DNA of 64,000 bases, from positions 2,914,001 to 2,978,000 of the forward strand of contig OX597828.1 of NCBI GenBank assembly GCA_951406725.2, in the 5' to 3' direction. Position numbers and translations under genes: made by a program. The stretch comes from Octopus vulgaris. Its lineage: Eukaryota. Of this stretch, positions 25,896-39,530 are shown piece after piece (the first letter of the stretch is position 1; every line of letters starts with the position of its first letter). The notes under the pieces were generated by a model, which was not told the DNA's origin, made no database searches, and worked only from the letters and a program-made list of their open reading frames with translations.

Positions 25896-26297
25896 TGTGT
25901 GTATGTCTGTATCATATATGTCTCTATATGTGCATGTGTGTGTATATGTATGTGTCTATATATGTGCATGTGTGTGTGTGTATATGTATCTATATATGTG
26001 CATGTGTGTTTGTGTGTGTGTGTGTGCACAATGTACATGTATCTATATAATGTGCATGTGTGTATATATGTGTGTCTATACATGTGTATGTGTGTGTGTG
26101 TGCTTATGTATGCACTTTGACAGAATGTCAGGCAAAATATTCTGAGTATTTGGTTATAAGCCTTGATATACAGAACTTAAATACTGACCACATCAACTTT
26201 GCCTTTGATCCTTCCAAGATCAATAAAATAAAATACTAATCAAGCACAGTATCCTTCACTTAAATGGGAATGACTTTATAAAAACCAAGGTAAATGT

Positions 26298-26550
26298 CAT
26301 CATCATCATCATCAATTAATGTTCCTTTTCCATGCTGGCAGGAGTTAGACGATTTCACTGAAAACTGGTAAGCTGCACCAGATTCCAGTCTGATTTGGCA
26401 TGGTTTCTATGGCTGGATGCCCTTCCCTAATGCCAACCACTCCAAGAGTGTAGTGGGTGCTTTTTATGTGCCACTGGCACAAGTGCCAGTTATGCAACAC
26501 CGGCATCAGCCACACTATGATCTCACTTGGCTTAACAGGGCTTCTCACGT
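26298..26550 (-). mobile_element. SINE family B 3' part
   Basis: GGATGCCCTTCCCTAATGCCAACCAC; (CAT)n. Confidence 0.7.
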
Positions 26551-27344
26551 ATGGTATGTTGCCAAAGGTTTTGAAATTCTAACAAGTACTCTCAAACTTT
26601 ACTTACATTAATTGTTAAGCTTGTATTAGACTCAAGTAACTGACGCAGTGTAAGGCAAGCTGGGCAGCAAAAATGGTTGCACCTAATGGAGAAGTATTTT
26701 CTATCATCATTTGATGTTGACCAATGCTTTGTAAGTGAAATTTGATAAACTGAAATTGTGCACAAGCTGTGTGTATGTGTGTGTATATGTGTGCATGTTA
26801 ACATACCATCAAAATTTCACTGATGACCTGTAATATGACAGAAGTACATTTAGTGTTGTTACTATACTGCTAACTCACAACCATTATCTAATTCTATGCA
26901 GGAATCTTAATATCCTGCCCAGGGAAGCAAAGAGCATGTTATTACTTGCCCAAGGTGACCGACATCAACAAAGAGAAAGAAAGAACTTTTCTATTCAATT
27001 CTGTATTATTGCTTAACCATTGAGCTTAATTCAAAGATAATATACAAAACATAAATTTTGATAATAGTTTCTTGAAATGTGCACAAAGAAATTGTGATAT
27101 CTTATCAAGATATCACTTTTATAGGACTGTACACACTTAACAATGTTGGACATTGAATAAAAATAAATATTTGGGAAACTATGCAATTATTGAAGAGTTG
27201 TGATAAGCCCAGTTTTGATTCCCAGTAATAACTGTTTTATTTTAACTATGTTGCTAATGTTTTTGGAAAAGGAATATCACAGCTTACCGATTTCCTTTCC
27301 TTGTCAATGAGAATTCTTGTATTTATGTAATAAATATTAGCTTG

Positions 27345-27550
27345 AAATTTTGGCACAAGGTCAACAATTTTGGAGGAGTTAAATCAATTACATCAACCCC
27401 AGTGTTCAACTGTTACCTATTTTATTGACTCCAAAAGGATGAAAGGCAACGTTGACCTCAGCAGCATTTGAACTTAAAATTTAAAGACAGACAAAATGCT
27501 TCAAATCCTTTTGCCTGGCATGCTAACAATTCTGCCAGCTCACCACTTTA
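27345..27550 (-). mobile_element. tRNA-derived SINE family C (Nin/Deu-domain-like)
   Basis: GCCTTTCATCCTTTTGG.GTC.ATAAAATA.GTA motif. Confidence 0.7.
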
Positions 27551-28077
27551 ATCTATGTAGTAAATATCACAAGTAATTATCTTATGCTAATCACCTGATT
27601 CATTAATCTTACTATAATAAATCTAGGTGATATAAAGGGCCTACCTGAAATGTTAGTTTCACAATGTACTAGTATACTCAGTTTTATTTATACTACTATT
27701 AGAGTGCATAGGAATGAATGGCAATTGCTGCTATTACAGCTACAGATGCAGGAATATGTTTCATCAGTGGGGAAAATGCTACAAGGTTTTACTCCTATGT
27801 TGTGAAGTGAAATCTCACAGGAATAAACATTGCTTTTTACCTTTATGGGACTGACTCCTAAAATGTTTGACCTTGGACCAATGTTAAAATTCAATGGTAG
27901 AAATTTCTACTGGAACTAACATTTGTTGGTGTCTGTAGAGTGGCTAAAGTTTTCAATGAAGTCTGTCAAATTTATCAGTCTGTTGTAAAAATCACCCCCA
28001 GCACCTTTTTAGGTGGTGGAGCAATTTTTGTCTGTATGGTGGCTGTGGTTGATTGAGACAGTGCATTATCTTAAGTA

Positions 28078-28435
28078 AAGGCAGCAAGCTGACAGAAGTG
28101 TTAACACACTGGGCTTCATGGCATTTCGTCTGCTTTACATTCTGAGTTCAAATTCTGCTGAGGTCGATTTTACCTTTTATCCTTTTGGGGTTGATAAATT
28201 AAGTACCAATGAAACACTAGGGTTGATGTAATCAACTAGTCTCCTCCCACCAAATTTCAAGGCCTTGTGCCTTCAGTAGAAAGGATTATTATTACAGTTC
28301 AAATTCCACTGAGGTCCACTTTGCCTTTCATCCTTTTGGGGTTGATAAAATAAGTACTAGTGAAGCACTGGGATTGATCTAATTGACTAGCCTCCTCCCA
28401 CAAAATTTCAAGGCCTTATACCTTTTGTAGAAAGG

Positions 28436-28482
<47 letters not shown>

Positions 28483-28645
28483 GAATCATTAGAGCATCAG
28501 AGAAAATGTCTTGCATTTGTTTTAAATCTTTACTCCCTGAGTTCAGCCTTTCAGGGTCAACGAAATAAAGTATCAGCTAAATGCTGGTGTTGATGGTATT
28601 GACTAACCCAAGATTCAGGCCTTGTGCTTTTACTAGAAATAATTA
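28078..28645 (+). mobile_element. Three tandem SINE family C copies separated by (ATT)n
   Basis: GAGTTCAAATTC..CCTTT(C/T)ATCCTTTTGGGGTTGATAAA..AAGTAC repeated; AGAAAGGATTATT tails. Confidence 0.75.
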
Positions 28646-28854
28646 TCATTTGGAACAGTGAATAACTAACAGTGTCCCAGACAAAATACCGCGACCTTTT
28701 TCGACTGTAATAGTTAGCTATATGTACAGAAAGGGCAAATTTGTGGATTTGCTTCAATTGAAGAAATCCTTATAATTCTTTTCTCAAATAGCATAGCGGG
28801 AATTAAAAAAATTTTATGGATTATTTTTTTGGTATTGTATTTAGTGTTTCTCTT

Positions 28855-29250
28855 TTATCTTTTACCTGTTTCAGACATTAGAGTGTGCCCATTCTGGAGT
28901 ACCACCTTCAAGAACTTTTAGTCAAATGAGTCATCCCCAGGACTTATTTTCCATTTAAGTCTGGTATTTATTCTAAAATCTTTTGCCAAACCACTAAGTT
29001 ATGGGGATGTAAACACACCAACACCGGTTGTTAAGTGGTGGCAGGAGATAAACACAGGCATGAAGACATGCACACACGTAGATATGTGTGTGTGACAGGC
29101 TTCTTTCAGTTTCCATCTACCAAATCCATTCACAAGGCTTTGGTCGGCCTGAGGCTATAGTAGAAGACACTTGCTCAGGTTGTCATGCAATGGGACTGAA
29201 CCCAGAACCATGTGGTTAGGAAGCAAGCTTCTTACCATAGCCACACCCCA
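28855..29250 (-). mobile_element. SINE family A
   Basis: Family motifs. Confidence 0.8.
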
Positions 29251-29852
29251 TTTACATTTAAAAAAATTTTCTTAACAATTAAACTTTGTACTTTTCAGTC
29301 AGGTTGCTTAAAACAAATCTACTAGCCAGTTTAATTAGCTAGCACAACAAATAATTCCATCTCATAAGACAGGTCCTATAGTTATAAAAATAATCTTTCA
29401 ACTACACACTGTTATGACTTGTTCTTTCCTATTTATTGATGTCTTAAAACAAAGTAAATCAGTTGATGTATATATATATATAATCACACAACCAAGACCA
29501 TTCAAAGTCTCTTATTCTATGAGACACTATTCATAAAAGAATAAAAGAATTACTTTTATCACACATTTTACTCTAAGAATAACTGGTATTTCTTCCTTTA
29601 TTGATACTGTACAATACTGACCCTGGCAGTATTTCAACTCAGAACAATGAAACAACTAACCTAACTTAAACAAGCTTTCTCAAATTCTAAAAATTTCTGT
29701 TTATTCTTTAATTCTTCTTTCTTCTATAAACATCACTAATATCGTATGTCTATGTGAGTGTGTGTGAGTGTGTATAAATAAATGTTTGTATGTATGTGTG
29801 CATATATAGAGAGAGAGACACATGCAGAATCTTCAATGTATCTATATACATG

Positions 29853-29883
<31 letters not shown>

Positions 29884-29982
29884 ACCTGTTTATGTATTTA
29901 CCTTTCTTTACTATGTCTCTGTTTGTAAAATGGTTATAAAACAAAATAGTAAATAAAATAATGGTTATATTGTGTATCATTA

Positions 29983-30200
29983 AAGGTGGCAAGCTAGCAG
30001 AATTGTTAGCATGCTGGCCAAAATGCTTAGTGGCCTTTTGTCAGTCTGTATGTTCTGAGTTCAAATTTTGCCAAAGTCAACTTTGCCTCTCATCCTTTCA
30101 GGGTCAATAAAATAAATAACAAGTGAGCACTGGGGGGTCAATGTAATTGATTTACCCCCGACCCCATAATTGCTAACCTTGTTCCAAAATTTGAAACCAA
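29983..30200 (+). mobile_element. SINE family C
   Basis: Family motifs. Confidence 0.75.
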
Positions 30201-30623
30201 TATCATATCAATAAAACATCAACAAAATTCCTGAGTATAAACTATTTGAGGCACAAAAATAGAAAGGAAAAGAATGTATTGACTTGGAACTATTTTGAAC
30301 ACTAAAGTATTTAAATAAAGACCCTGGTTGTGCTTTTGTAGTTATCATTCAACTAGTATAAAAATATCAGTGAATATGATAAGAAAAGAAACGGTGGAGC
30401 TACAATCTGGACAGTAGACTAAGCAAGCCACTCTTTTGCAAGCATTCTAGCCAGTTTTTGGTCTAAGTTTAACTTCCTCTCTTCTTCCCATTAATCTTGA
30501 AGAATCTAATGGGTGCCACCATGCTATATTTTGTCCTCTGACTAAGCCATCAAAAAAGAAACTGATTTAATCAATCTGACATTGCTTATAACAATATCAA
30601 TATATTCTTCTTCAAAGTAAGAA

Positions 30624-31203
30624 CTAGCAGTGTAGCCCGGCTTTGCCCGGGATTAAGTTAGATTATTAAGCTAATCAAGTTCTTTATTTCAAACCAAACT
30701 AAATAACATTGACATCAAATTTGGGCAAAATCTGTTGAAATTGATTTACATATATATATGTATGTATATATATATATATATATGTATGGGCAACACACAC
30801 AAACACACACACACACACACACATGTATGTACATCTATTGCATACATGTTTGTGTGTGTGTGTGTGTTGCCCATATATCAACAAAACACTTTTTTCCTCG
30901 ATGGAAAAAAAAACAGCAAAAGTCTTAACAAAAACTTACTCCTCGCTAGCAGGGGACTTAACTCCTGTTTGCAAACAATGGTGATTTCTCCAACTTGAAA
31001 TTTGTTAAAAGTTTTGGTTGAAAATTTATATTTACTGCTATTCGCTGGTGCCTCTGGTAAAAATAAGTTGATGAAAATACAGCTAGGATCATGACGAATG
31101 TCCTCCTAAAATTGGAGCGACATGCATGCTAATTTGTGGACGTGCATAAATTACATTCACATACACACGCACACACACACATCCTGCCTTTTATATGTAC
31201 AGA
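30624..31203 (-). mobile_element. Non-autonomous Helitron
   Basis: Minus strand starts A|TC (TCTGTACATATAAAA..(TG)n) and ends with hairpin CCCGGGCAAAGCCGGG then CTAG|T; canonical A/T insertion site. Confidence 0.8.
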
Positions 31204-31304
31204 TATTCAGTTGAATTCATTACACAGATATTTGTTGTTAACAAGTAATGTGTTATAACTGATAAGGTCTTCAAGATATCAAGGAAATCTCCTGAAAGAC
31301 TTAT

Positions 31305-31650
31305 CTTTTATCTTTTACCTATTACTTGTTTCAGACTGTGACCATACTGGGGCACCACCTTGAACAATTTTAGTCAAATGAATCAACTCCAGTACTTATT
31401 TTTTTAAAGCTTGGTGCATTTTTACTGATTTATAAGGACATAAACACACCAACACCAGTTGTCAAATGGTGGTGGGGAATAAACACAGACATAAACATCA
31501 ATACACACACATGCATGCAACAGGCTTCTTTCAGTTTCCTTCAATGGAATCCACTCACAAGGCTTTGGTTGACCCAAAGCTACAGTAGAAGACATTTGCC
31601 CACAATGGAACTAAACCTGAGACTATGTGATTGGAAACAAAGTACTTAAT
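31305..31650 (-). mobile_element. SINE family A, diverged
   Basis: Family motifs. Confidence 0.75.
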
Positions 31651-32115
31651 TGTTATGCATCTACTAATTATTCAAAGAATTATGCTAATCTGGAATAGTG
31701 GATTAACTGAATTGTTAGAGTCAAGCTAGATGCCTTGCAGTGTCTGACCTGGCTTCTTGTGGTGTATCACCTGCAACAACACTGGTGCCAATGTGTTTCA
31801 ACCCAAATCAACAGTCTTTTCCTTGGATAAACATTGGTGGTGTGGAGTAGGGAGAATTGTGTGCCACAACTTCAAGCTACAAGATAATGCATGATTGATT
31901 TAGAACTCCTCACTAGCAATATTAACAAGAGTGCATTTTGCACCAAAAGCCAATATGGGGCTTTCTCTCATGGTATCTCCCACAGTATAGTTTGTTCTAA
32001 CACAACATCTATGTTTAAGTATGGAAAAATATTACCTCTCAGTAATTCAAGACAATGTGATAAATATGCATTACATTTGACAGAGTAATCTGAATGTTTA
32101 AAGGGTTGAGCAGGA

Positions 32116-32147
<32 letters not shown>

Positions 32148-34699
32148 CCTTCTTTTGATTTGGCTTGTGGTGTTTGTAAGATAACATGAAGGTAGACAAT
32201 GCAAGATATGCCACAAATGTTGCAGGTAAACTGCATGTAAGTTTTATGTGATCTTGCAAAAATGAACATTTAGGAACAACAATGTACATTATCATAGGTA
32301 CATCCATAGTTCATTAAACTTCTAGCATTCATATTACTTTGTCAAACATAATAATGCCTATTTATTCAAATTGGTTTGAATTAATCATGCATTATCTCAT
32401 AGCTTTGAGATTTTAATAATGTAATTGTAAATGTTTATATTGACATTGTATGAATCTGGCCAGTTTAAGCATTAAATGTGTAGAATATTTGGGTCTGATA
32501 TGGCTGGTTTAAAGGCCAAAGGGTTAATGTAAAATTAATAGTTTCAGACTTGTTTTGGTGGAGAGGTGTTGCCAATTATTTCACCCCCAGTACTTGACTC
32601 ATGCTCTAATTTCTTGACTTCATAACGATGAATGCTAATGTCAACCTCAGCAGAATTTGAATGACATTATATAAATATCAGTAACAACTAAAGAAACTAC
32701 ACCATCACAACTGTTAAACATACTTATACTAGTATGACTCTATACATATACACATGTAACAGACTTCCTCAAACTTATATAGGGCATATGTAAAAAATAT
32801 CAATGCTAATTGAAAATATTAAGAATCAAAAGAAAATATCCAATTGTGAGAAAATCTTACCATCAGTTTTATTGTGGATATATCTTTATTATCTTTAAGT
32901 GATCATATTGCAAGTGTTCATAATTTATAGATTTGATCACTTTGTTCTATTTTAATACATTTACTATTGAACGAAATCGCTAAAACAAGTAGACATGCTA
33001 CGACTAGTCTCATGTCATATTTTAAACACTCCTTATTACAACTGTAAGATTACGTGCCTTCATGCCGTATTAAATTCACACTATCTTTCTGTCTCTCTCT
33101 ACTGGTTGTATAGATTTAGAATATGTTGCTAATGCAGAAGTGAAATAACTGAATGGATCAGGTATGGACTACCAATTCATAGATTATGAGTTCAAATCTG
33201 TTGCTAAGCTTTTATTGTATTTTCCGGGCAATCCAACTAGCTATTAGAAATAAATACCTGGACATCTGGGAATCTTACCATCCTATCAGTCATAAGTTGG
33301 TATCTTATCCATAAACTGGTGTTTTTCACTTACTTCTAACCTGACAACTGGAGTTAAACACAAGCTTTCAGTCTTCCCGAAACTTAGAAAACATTTAAAT
33401 GCTATTAATGCACCTCCATTTCTATTTCAGATTTTCAGAACGAGTCATAAAAAAACTCTATAAGAAAAGCACAAGTCGTTTATTTTGTAAAACATTTTTC
33501 ATGTTTTCTTTATAATGTTCAGCACACCCTATTAGGTATCAACTGCATATTATTAATATATTTCTATCTATCTCTTGTTATAACATTTTACAACTGCTTC
33601 TGAATTTAAATCAGCATGATTCTCTAATTATTCTATTATCATCTTGATAATTATTTTAACACACAGCTACGTCGTCATGTGCCTTGATGCAGTTTTAACT
33701 TCAACCTCTCTCTCTCTCTCTCTGATATTCTTGCATGAAGTGATTCCACCTATGGTTGTGTTGTCACCAGAAGATTTTTCAATTAATGATGTTGTGGACC
33801 AGGCTTTATTACTGCAAAGCAGGCCTTGCAGCACTACACTGTTCTGATTCTTGCTGCACATCGCAGCAAGCTACAAACCAACTGCAGGAGGTTGGTCTCA
33901 CTGACAAGGTTAAATGAAAATGATTGACAGACTGAGTGCCTAAGAAAAGATCAATTCTATCTTTTTCCTTCTCACTCTATGTTCTTTGTAGAACTGTTTT
34001 TGAATTAATCAGTTGTTTTTGTTTGTAAAATAAAAAATTCTAAAAAAATATATCCCTTCATTACAAAAAAAATAATAATAGCAAAAAGAAAAAAAAGCAA
34101 GTATGTTATAGCCATTTTGTACATATTATTGTTGAAAAAATATATAAATGTAAAAATGACAAAAATATTTTTTAAATAAGCTGACAAAAGTTCTCGCTTC
34201 CTTCTCTGTACGAGTGGAAAATTTGGTGAAATAGACCAATCACTCTATGCAACGAATATGTATGTACATATATATTTTGGTAGATAGGTGTGTATGCATT
34301 GATGTTTATACATATATAAAAAGTGTATAACCATTTATGTCTGTGTATAGAGGAGTGTGTCTGTGTGTGTGCTAATAGATATATGTATATATAAATGTGA
34401 TTATACACACACACATATATATATATATACACACACACACACTCACACATGAAATATGAAAGAAAAATCAGTAAGACAGACTGTATGATTATCAAACCTT
34501 AATTATATTGGCTTACCTTATTACACTCACTGTTATTGTTTTAACTGATTGTTCATCAATTATTGAATAAAAAGTTAAGAAAAAAAATTTGTATTGAATA
34601 GTTATTTCACATTTCCCCATCATCATTTAACATTTATGTTCAAAAGTGGCATGAGTTGGACAGTTTGATATGATGCTGGTGGCACATTGGGCCTCACAG

Positions 34700-35220
34700 A
34701 GGCAATGACGATAGACCAAGATCTCTGAGATATGCTGTGACTGCAAAGACCCGCAAATGAAGTGAGTTCATGGCTTGCAGGATGGCCTGCTGTGCTAACC
34801 TTGGATCATAGGGTGACCTGCTGTGCTTGAGGAGACCTATTAAGTCAAGTACATCAACATCAAAATAAAAATCAAATGGAAATTGTAGTTGTGATACCCA
34901 TGTTGGTGACATGTAAAAAGCACCATCCGAACGTGGCTGATGCCAGCGTTGCCTTGACTGGCGTCCATGCCAGAGACATACGTAAAAAGCACCAACCGAT
35001 CGTGGCTGTTTGCCAGCCTCCTCTGGCACCTGTGCCGGTGGCATGTAAAAAGCACCCACTACACTCACGGAGTGGTTGGCGTTAGGAAGGGCATCCAGCT
35101 GTAGAAACACTGCCAGATCAGACTGGAGCCTGGTGCAGCCTCCTGGCTTCTCAGACACCAGGCAAACCGTCCAACCCATGCTGGCATGGAAAACGGATGT
35201 TAAACGATGATGATGATGAT
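34700..35220 (+). mobile_element. SINE family B, long copy
   Basis: Three internal units of about 60 bp, AGGAAGGGCATCCAGC domain, (GAT)n tail. Confidence 0.85.
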
Positions 35221-35367
35221 GTCCAAAGACAGCATCATGCTCCAATGTCTGCTTTGGCATGGTTTCTATGGCTAGACACCCTTCCTAGCACCAATCACTT
35301 TACAGCAAGTACTGGGTGCTTCTTTTGGTGATACCAGTAATAGTGAGGTTGCTGAGCAGCTAATAAG

Positions 35368-35770
35368 ACTCTTTTACTTGTTTCAGTCAATTGACTGTGG
35401 CCATGCTGGAGCACTGCCTTTAGTTGAGCAAATCAACCCTAGGACTTATTCTTTGTAAGCCTAGTACTTATTCTATCTGTCTTTTGCCGAACTGCTAAGT
35501 TACAAGGACGTAAACACACCAGCATCGGACGTCAAGCAATGTTGGGGGGAGAAACACAGACACACAAACATACACACACACACTCACACACACATATATA
35601 CATATATACGACGGGTTTCTTTCAGTTTCCTTCTACAAATCCACTCACAAGGCCCTGGTCGGCCCAAAGCTAAACTAGAAGACACTTGCCCAAGGTGCCA
35701 CACAGTGGGACTGAACCTGGAACCATGCGGTTGGTAAGCAAGCTACTTGCCACACAGCCACTCCTACGTC
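35368..35770 (-). mobile_element. SINE family A
   Basis: Family motifs. Confidence 0.85.
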
Positions 35771-35809
35771 TATGAAAGAACTCTGAGGGATAAGGGTGGT
35801 TTTAATGGC

Positions 35810-36131
35810 ACTCTATTGGATATGAAAACAAGGGTTACTGTTGATCTGATCAACAGAACAGCCTGCTTGTGAAATTAACATGCAAGAGTCTGAGCACTCC
35901 CCGGACATGTGTCCCCTTCATGTTGTTCTCAAAGAGACTCAAAATGACACAGAATTTGGCAAGGCTGGTCCTTTTGAATTACAGGTACTACTCAGTTTTG
36001 CCAGCTGAGTGGACTGGAGCAAAGTGAAATAAAGTGTCTTGCTCAAGGAAACAATGCACCACTGGAAATTGAACTCACAACCTTACGATCCTGAGCCAAA
36101 TATTCCTAACCATTAAGCCATGCACCTTCAC
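35810..36131 (-). mobile_element. tRNA-derived SINE family E (head shared with family D)
   Basis: TGGCTTAATGG, GAGTTCAATTTCC, CCTTGAGCAAGACACTT; second copy at 42676-42955 (+). Confidence 0.75.
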
Positions 36132-36899
36132 CGGGTGGCTTTATAGTAGAAGACAAGGGGTTAAAGTATGAGAGAAGGAGTCAGAGCAGAACAAGTCTGT
36201 AGAGAAGCTAATCAGCTCCTTGCATTTTAGATGAGTGGTTGGGAGTGACTGGGTGGAGGTGGAAAGCAATAAAAGAAGTGGAGTCTGGGTGAATCCTGAA
36301 GCTGTGAGATGAGCAGAAGTGAGTAATGACAAAGAAATGGATGTACAGGGTAGAATTACAAGACCATACTGGAGAATGAGAGATGGGGAATAGGGGATGG
36401 GAGAAGAATACAATGAATGAAGGACAAATGTTAAGGGGAAAATGAGAAGAGGGAGAAGGAAAGAATAGGAAATATCTATAGGGATTAGGTCTGGTTGAAG
36501 GATGGATATAGTGAATGGTGGATAAAGGGTTAACAGTGATGCATGGGGGTGAAGAGCAATAGATTAGTAATGATAGACAGGGGAAGGAAGAGAGAGAGAG
36601 AGAGAGAGATTATGTATAGCTTGATGGATTGCATGAATGTGGGGGAAGAAAGAGGCAGGCATTGTGCATACAGAGAGTGAAAGCTATATTGTGAGAATGA
36701 AGGAGATAATTTGGTGCTTCAGGTGGGTGATTAATAAAAAATGTGGGTAACGAGGTCAGTATCAAGAATGAAGAATGTATTTCAAAAGAAATGATTCTGA
36801 ATAGGGAGTAGTGAAAACCTGCAGTTAGAAAGATGATGGGTTTTGGCGATGACTTAGAGGAAATTAGGCAAAAGTTCTCATTGTGTAGAACACACACAG

Positions 36900-38110
36900 C
36901 ATTTCCAGAACTTAGTTTTGCTGGGTTTGGTGGGTCTTCTCAAGAACCACACGTTGCCAGTCATCCTGGTCCTTTGTCATCTCTTCTGCAACACTCAAGG
37001 CCCTGAGATCAGCCCTCATCACTGCGTCCTATGTCTTCTAGGGTCTCCCTCTTCTGAAAGTTCCATCCACATTAAGTGATCAGTACTTTCCTAAACAGCT
37101 AATCCTCATTGATATACATGTCCACACCTGCACAGACTTCTCTCTTACATCCTACATCGGATTCCTCTGTTTTTCTCTCAGCCCATTTGCCCTATGTCAT
37201 TTATACACACCTACACTGCCCATCCAATGGAACATACTCACTTTATTTCCTTCCAGTCTTTTCAAATTCCCTGCATTGAAGGCCCATGTCTCAATACCAT
37301 GCAACATCACAGTTCTAACACAAGTATCATACAATCTACCCTTACTTAACTCTGAATGAAAAGACCTTTGTTGCTAGTAGTGATAGTAGCTCCCTGAACT
37401 TTCTCTTGCCTATTCTTACCCTGTCTATTATAGTTTCAGAGCAACCACTGCACTTGCTAATTATATCTCTAAGGTAACAAAAGCTATTGATTACGGCTAG
37501 TGAAGCATCCAGGTATTTAAGAGAATCTATTTCCAGTGTGTTCAGAGCATGTACTGCTCCAGTGCATCTATCACAAACAAAGCTTACATTTTCAGTTAGT
37601 CTGCCGGTGATTCTACTACATCTCATGTATCCATAGCTTACAATGGGTAAACTTTATGAAGTTTATACCTACTACATTTTTTAAAATTTTTTCTTTTGCA
37701 TATCAAGCAAAACAGTTTCTCTGAAGACATCAAACTTCTGCTTTCTTTCCTATTTACTAAACCCTTTGTCTTTTAAGACTTTGCAATTTTCAATTTAGCT
37801 TCCATGCCTGAAACTTCCCATAGAATTACCCTATTGATTCAGCTATAAGAACTAGATCTTCAACATAGAGAAATTCCTATAGCCAGTCAGTTGTAAACTT
37901 CTCCAAGAATGTATTATAGGATCGTGATGAATTGGAGAGGACTAGGGACTGAGTTTTGATGGACTCCTACCCTCACACTAGAGTCATCACTGAAATCATG
38001 ATTGACTCTCACTTAATTTACTGCACCTTTGTATAACCCCGCCACAAGCCATTCATCTCCACTTAACTTCCCCTGTCTACAATACATTAAAGTTTTACAA
38101 CTAGAAAATT
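36900..38110 (-). mobile_element. RTE-clade LINE relic
   Basis: FVCDRCTG..NSFCYL.D.IS..GCSE..RVRIG..KFRELL.LL; homologous to 53030-55105. Confidence 0.8.
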
Positions 38111-38129
38111 TGCATCATTTCATTGCAGG

Positions 38130-39530
38130 GAGCTGCTTTATAATAGGGTGAAATTCTATGTTCTGGAGAATATTGCTTTCAATGCGAAAAGGAAGGCAGA
38201 CCCAACTCTTACTGTCTCATGTTGTGAAAAGAATTCTTTGTATTTTCTACCTGAACAATTTATGTGTCCTAGTTTAGTTGGTTCCTATTATGTCTATAAA
38301 TGTTCTGAATGTGATTTCAGCTTATCTGAAATGTATTTGCTGGGCATGTTTGGAAGGTCTTGAATTCATTCGTTAAGACAAGTTTTCACACCTTTGACTA
38401 AATTCATTTCAGTCAACTGCTTCTAACTGACTAAACAAAGAAAACAGATAACTGATACTTCCATGGGATTCTACATGTTTCGTCAGAAAGAGATGTTTTA
38501 ATCTTGAACTTTCCACTTTTATGAAGAAGTACCTGTTCTGTTGATCCATCATATTGAGTAAGGTGTACACTTCGCTTTCTGGCACATCTGTCTCGATCAC
38601 TAAGTTTAGAATTTGAACAGCAGCATCTAGCTTTCACTACAAACTCACTGAATTGAAGTTTTCATTTCTAAAAGACAGAATCTTTCACAGACTTGAGGAG
38701 ATCAATAGCAACAAATATATCCACATCTTTTGATTGTAAGATTCAAGTTGTTTTGATCCCTCTTTCATTCCAGTCTCAAGCTTCTCCATTTTCTTCTTCA
38801 ATCCTTTGGCCTAGTGTCATGTGTTTCATTCCTTATCCAATGAATCTGGAATTTTTACAAAGCCTCCACAAAGGACAGTAACACCAAAATGTGCCGACCA
38901 TCTTCTGCTAAAGAGATGAACACAACATGATTCTTTCCCAAGTATGATGTCAGAACATTCCAGCAATGTGTGAAAGCAGATAAAAAGGGATATAAGTACT
39001 GAACAAAGTCAAAGATGTTCACTAGATCACATTGTGTTGATTTTACTCCCACCAAGTTCAAATTGCATCCAGCACGGTCAGAATTTGATGGAAGATAAAT
39101 AGTTAGAAATATGGGTAGTAAATTCAATCCATTTTAGTGTCCTGACATATTTGAAGCATTGTCGTAAGACTGACCAAAAAAAGTTTGAAAATGGTAAATT
39201 CTTCTAAAATTCTTTGTGTAGTGAGAAAAGATGTGGATGAATTTGGCAGAACATTACATCAGCTCACTTTCACAAATGTATCAAACAGTAAATATCAGTT
39301 GATCAATATTTAAGATGTCTTCGGTGGAATCAACACTTACAGAATAATACTTTGACTTTTAGATTTCTTCCATTATTTCAATAAATACTTTGCAAATGTT
39401 TACTAAGTTCATACATTTTTAAATGTTCTTGCAAAAACGAGTCAAATCCACTCAATAGTACAAGAATGCCAAGAAAGTTTCTGTTTCTTGAGAAGTCAAT
39501 AATTTGATACTCTATGAAATACCAAATCTC
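38130..39530 (-). pseudogene. hAT-superfamily transposase relic
   Basis: YYSVSVDSTEDI..IDQL (about 39350), GQSYDNASNMSGH (about 39175), NLNLVGV..SAFTHCWNVL, dimerisation-domain remnant near 38150-38230; many stops. Confidence 0.8.

Noticed and set aside
27688-27894. Cys-rich 68-aa minus-strand ORF
   Set aside because: Non-ATG start, no recognisable motif and no convincing splice context in frame.
34694-35260. 188-aa ORF
   Set aside because: Antisense read-through of a family B SINE; the same peptide pieces recur at other copies.
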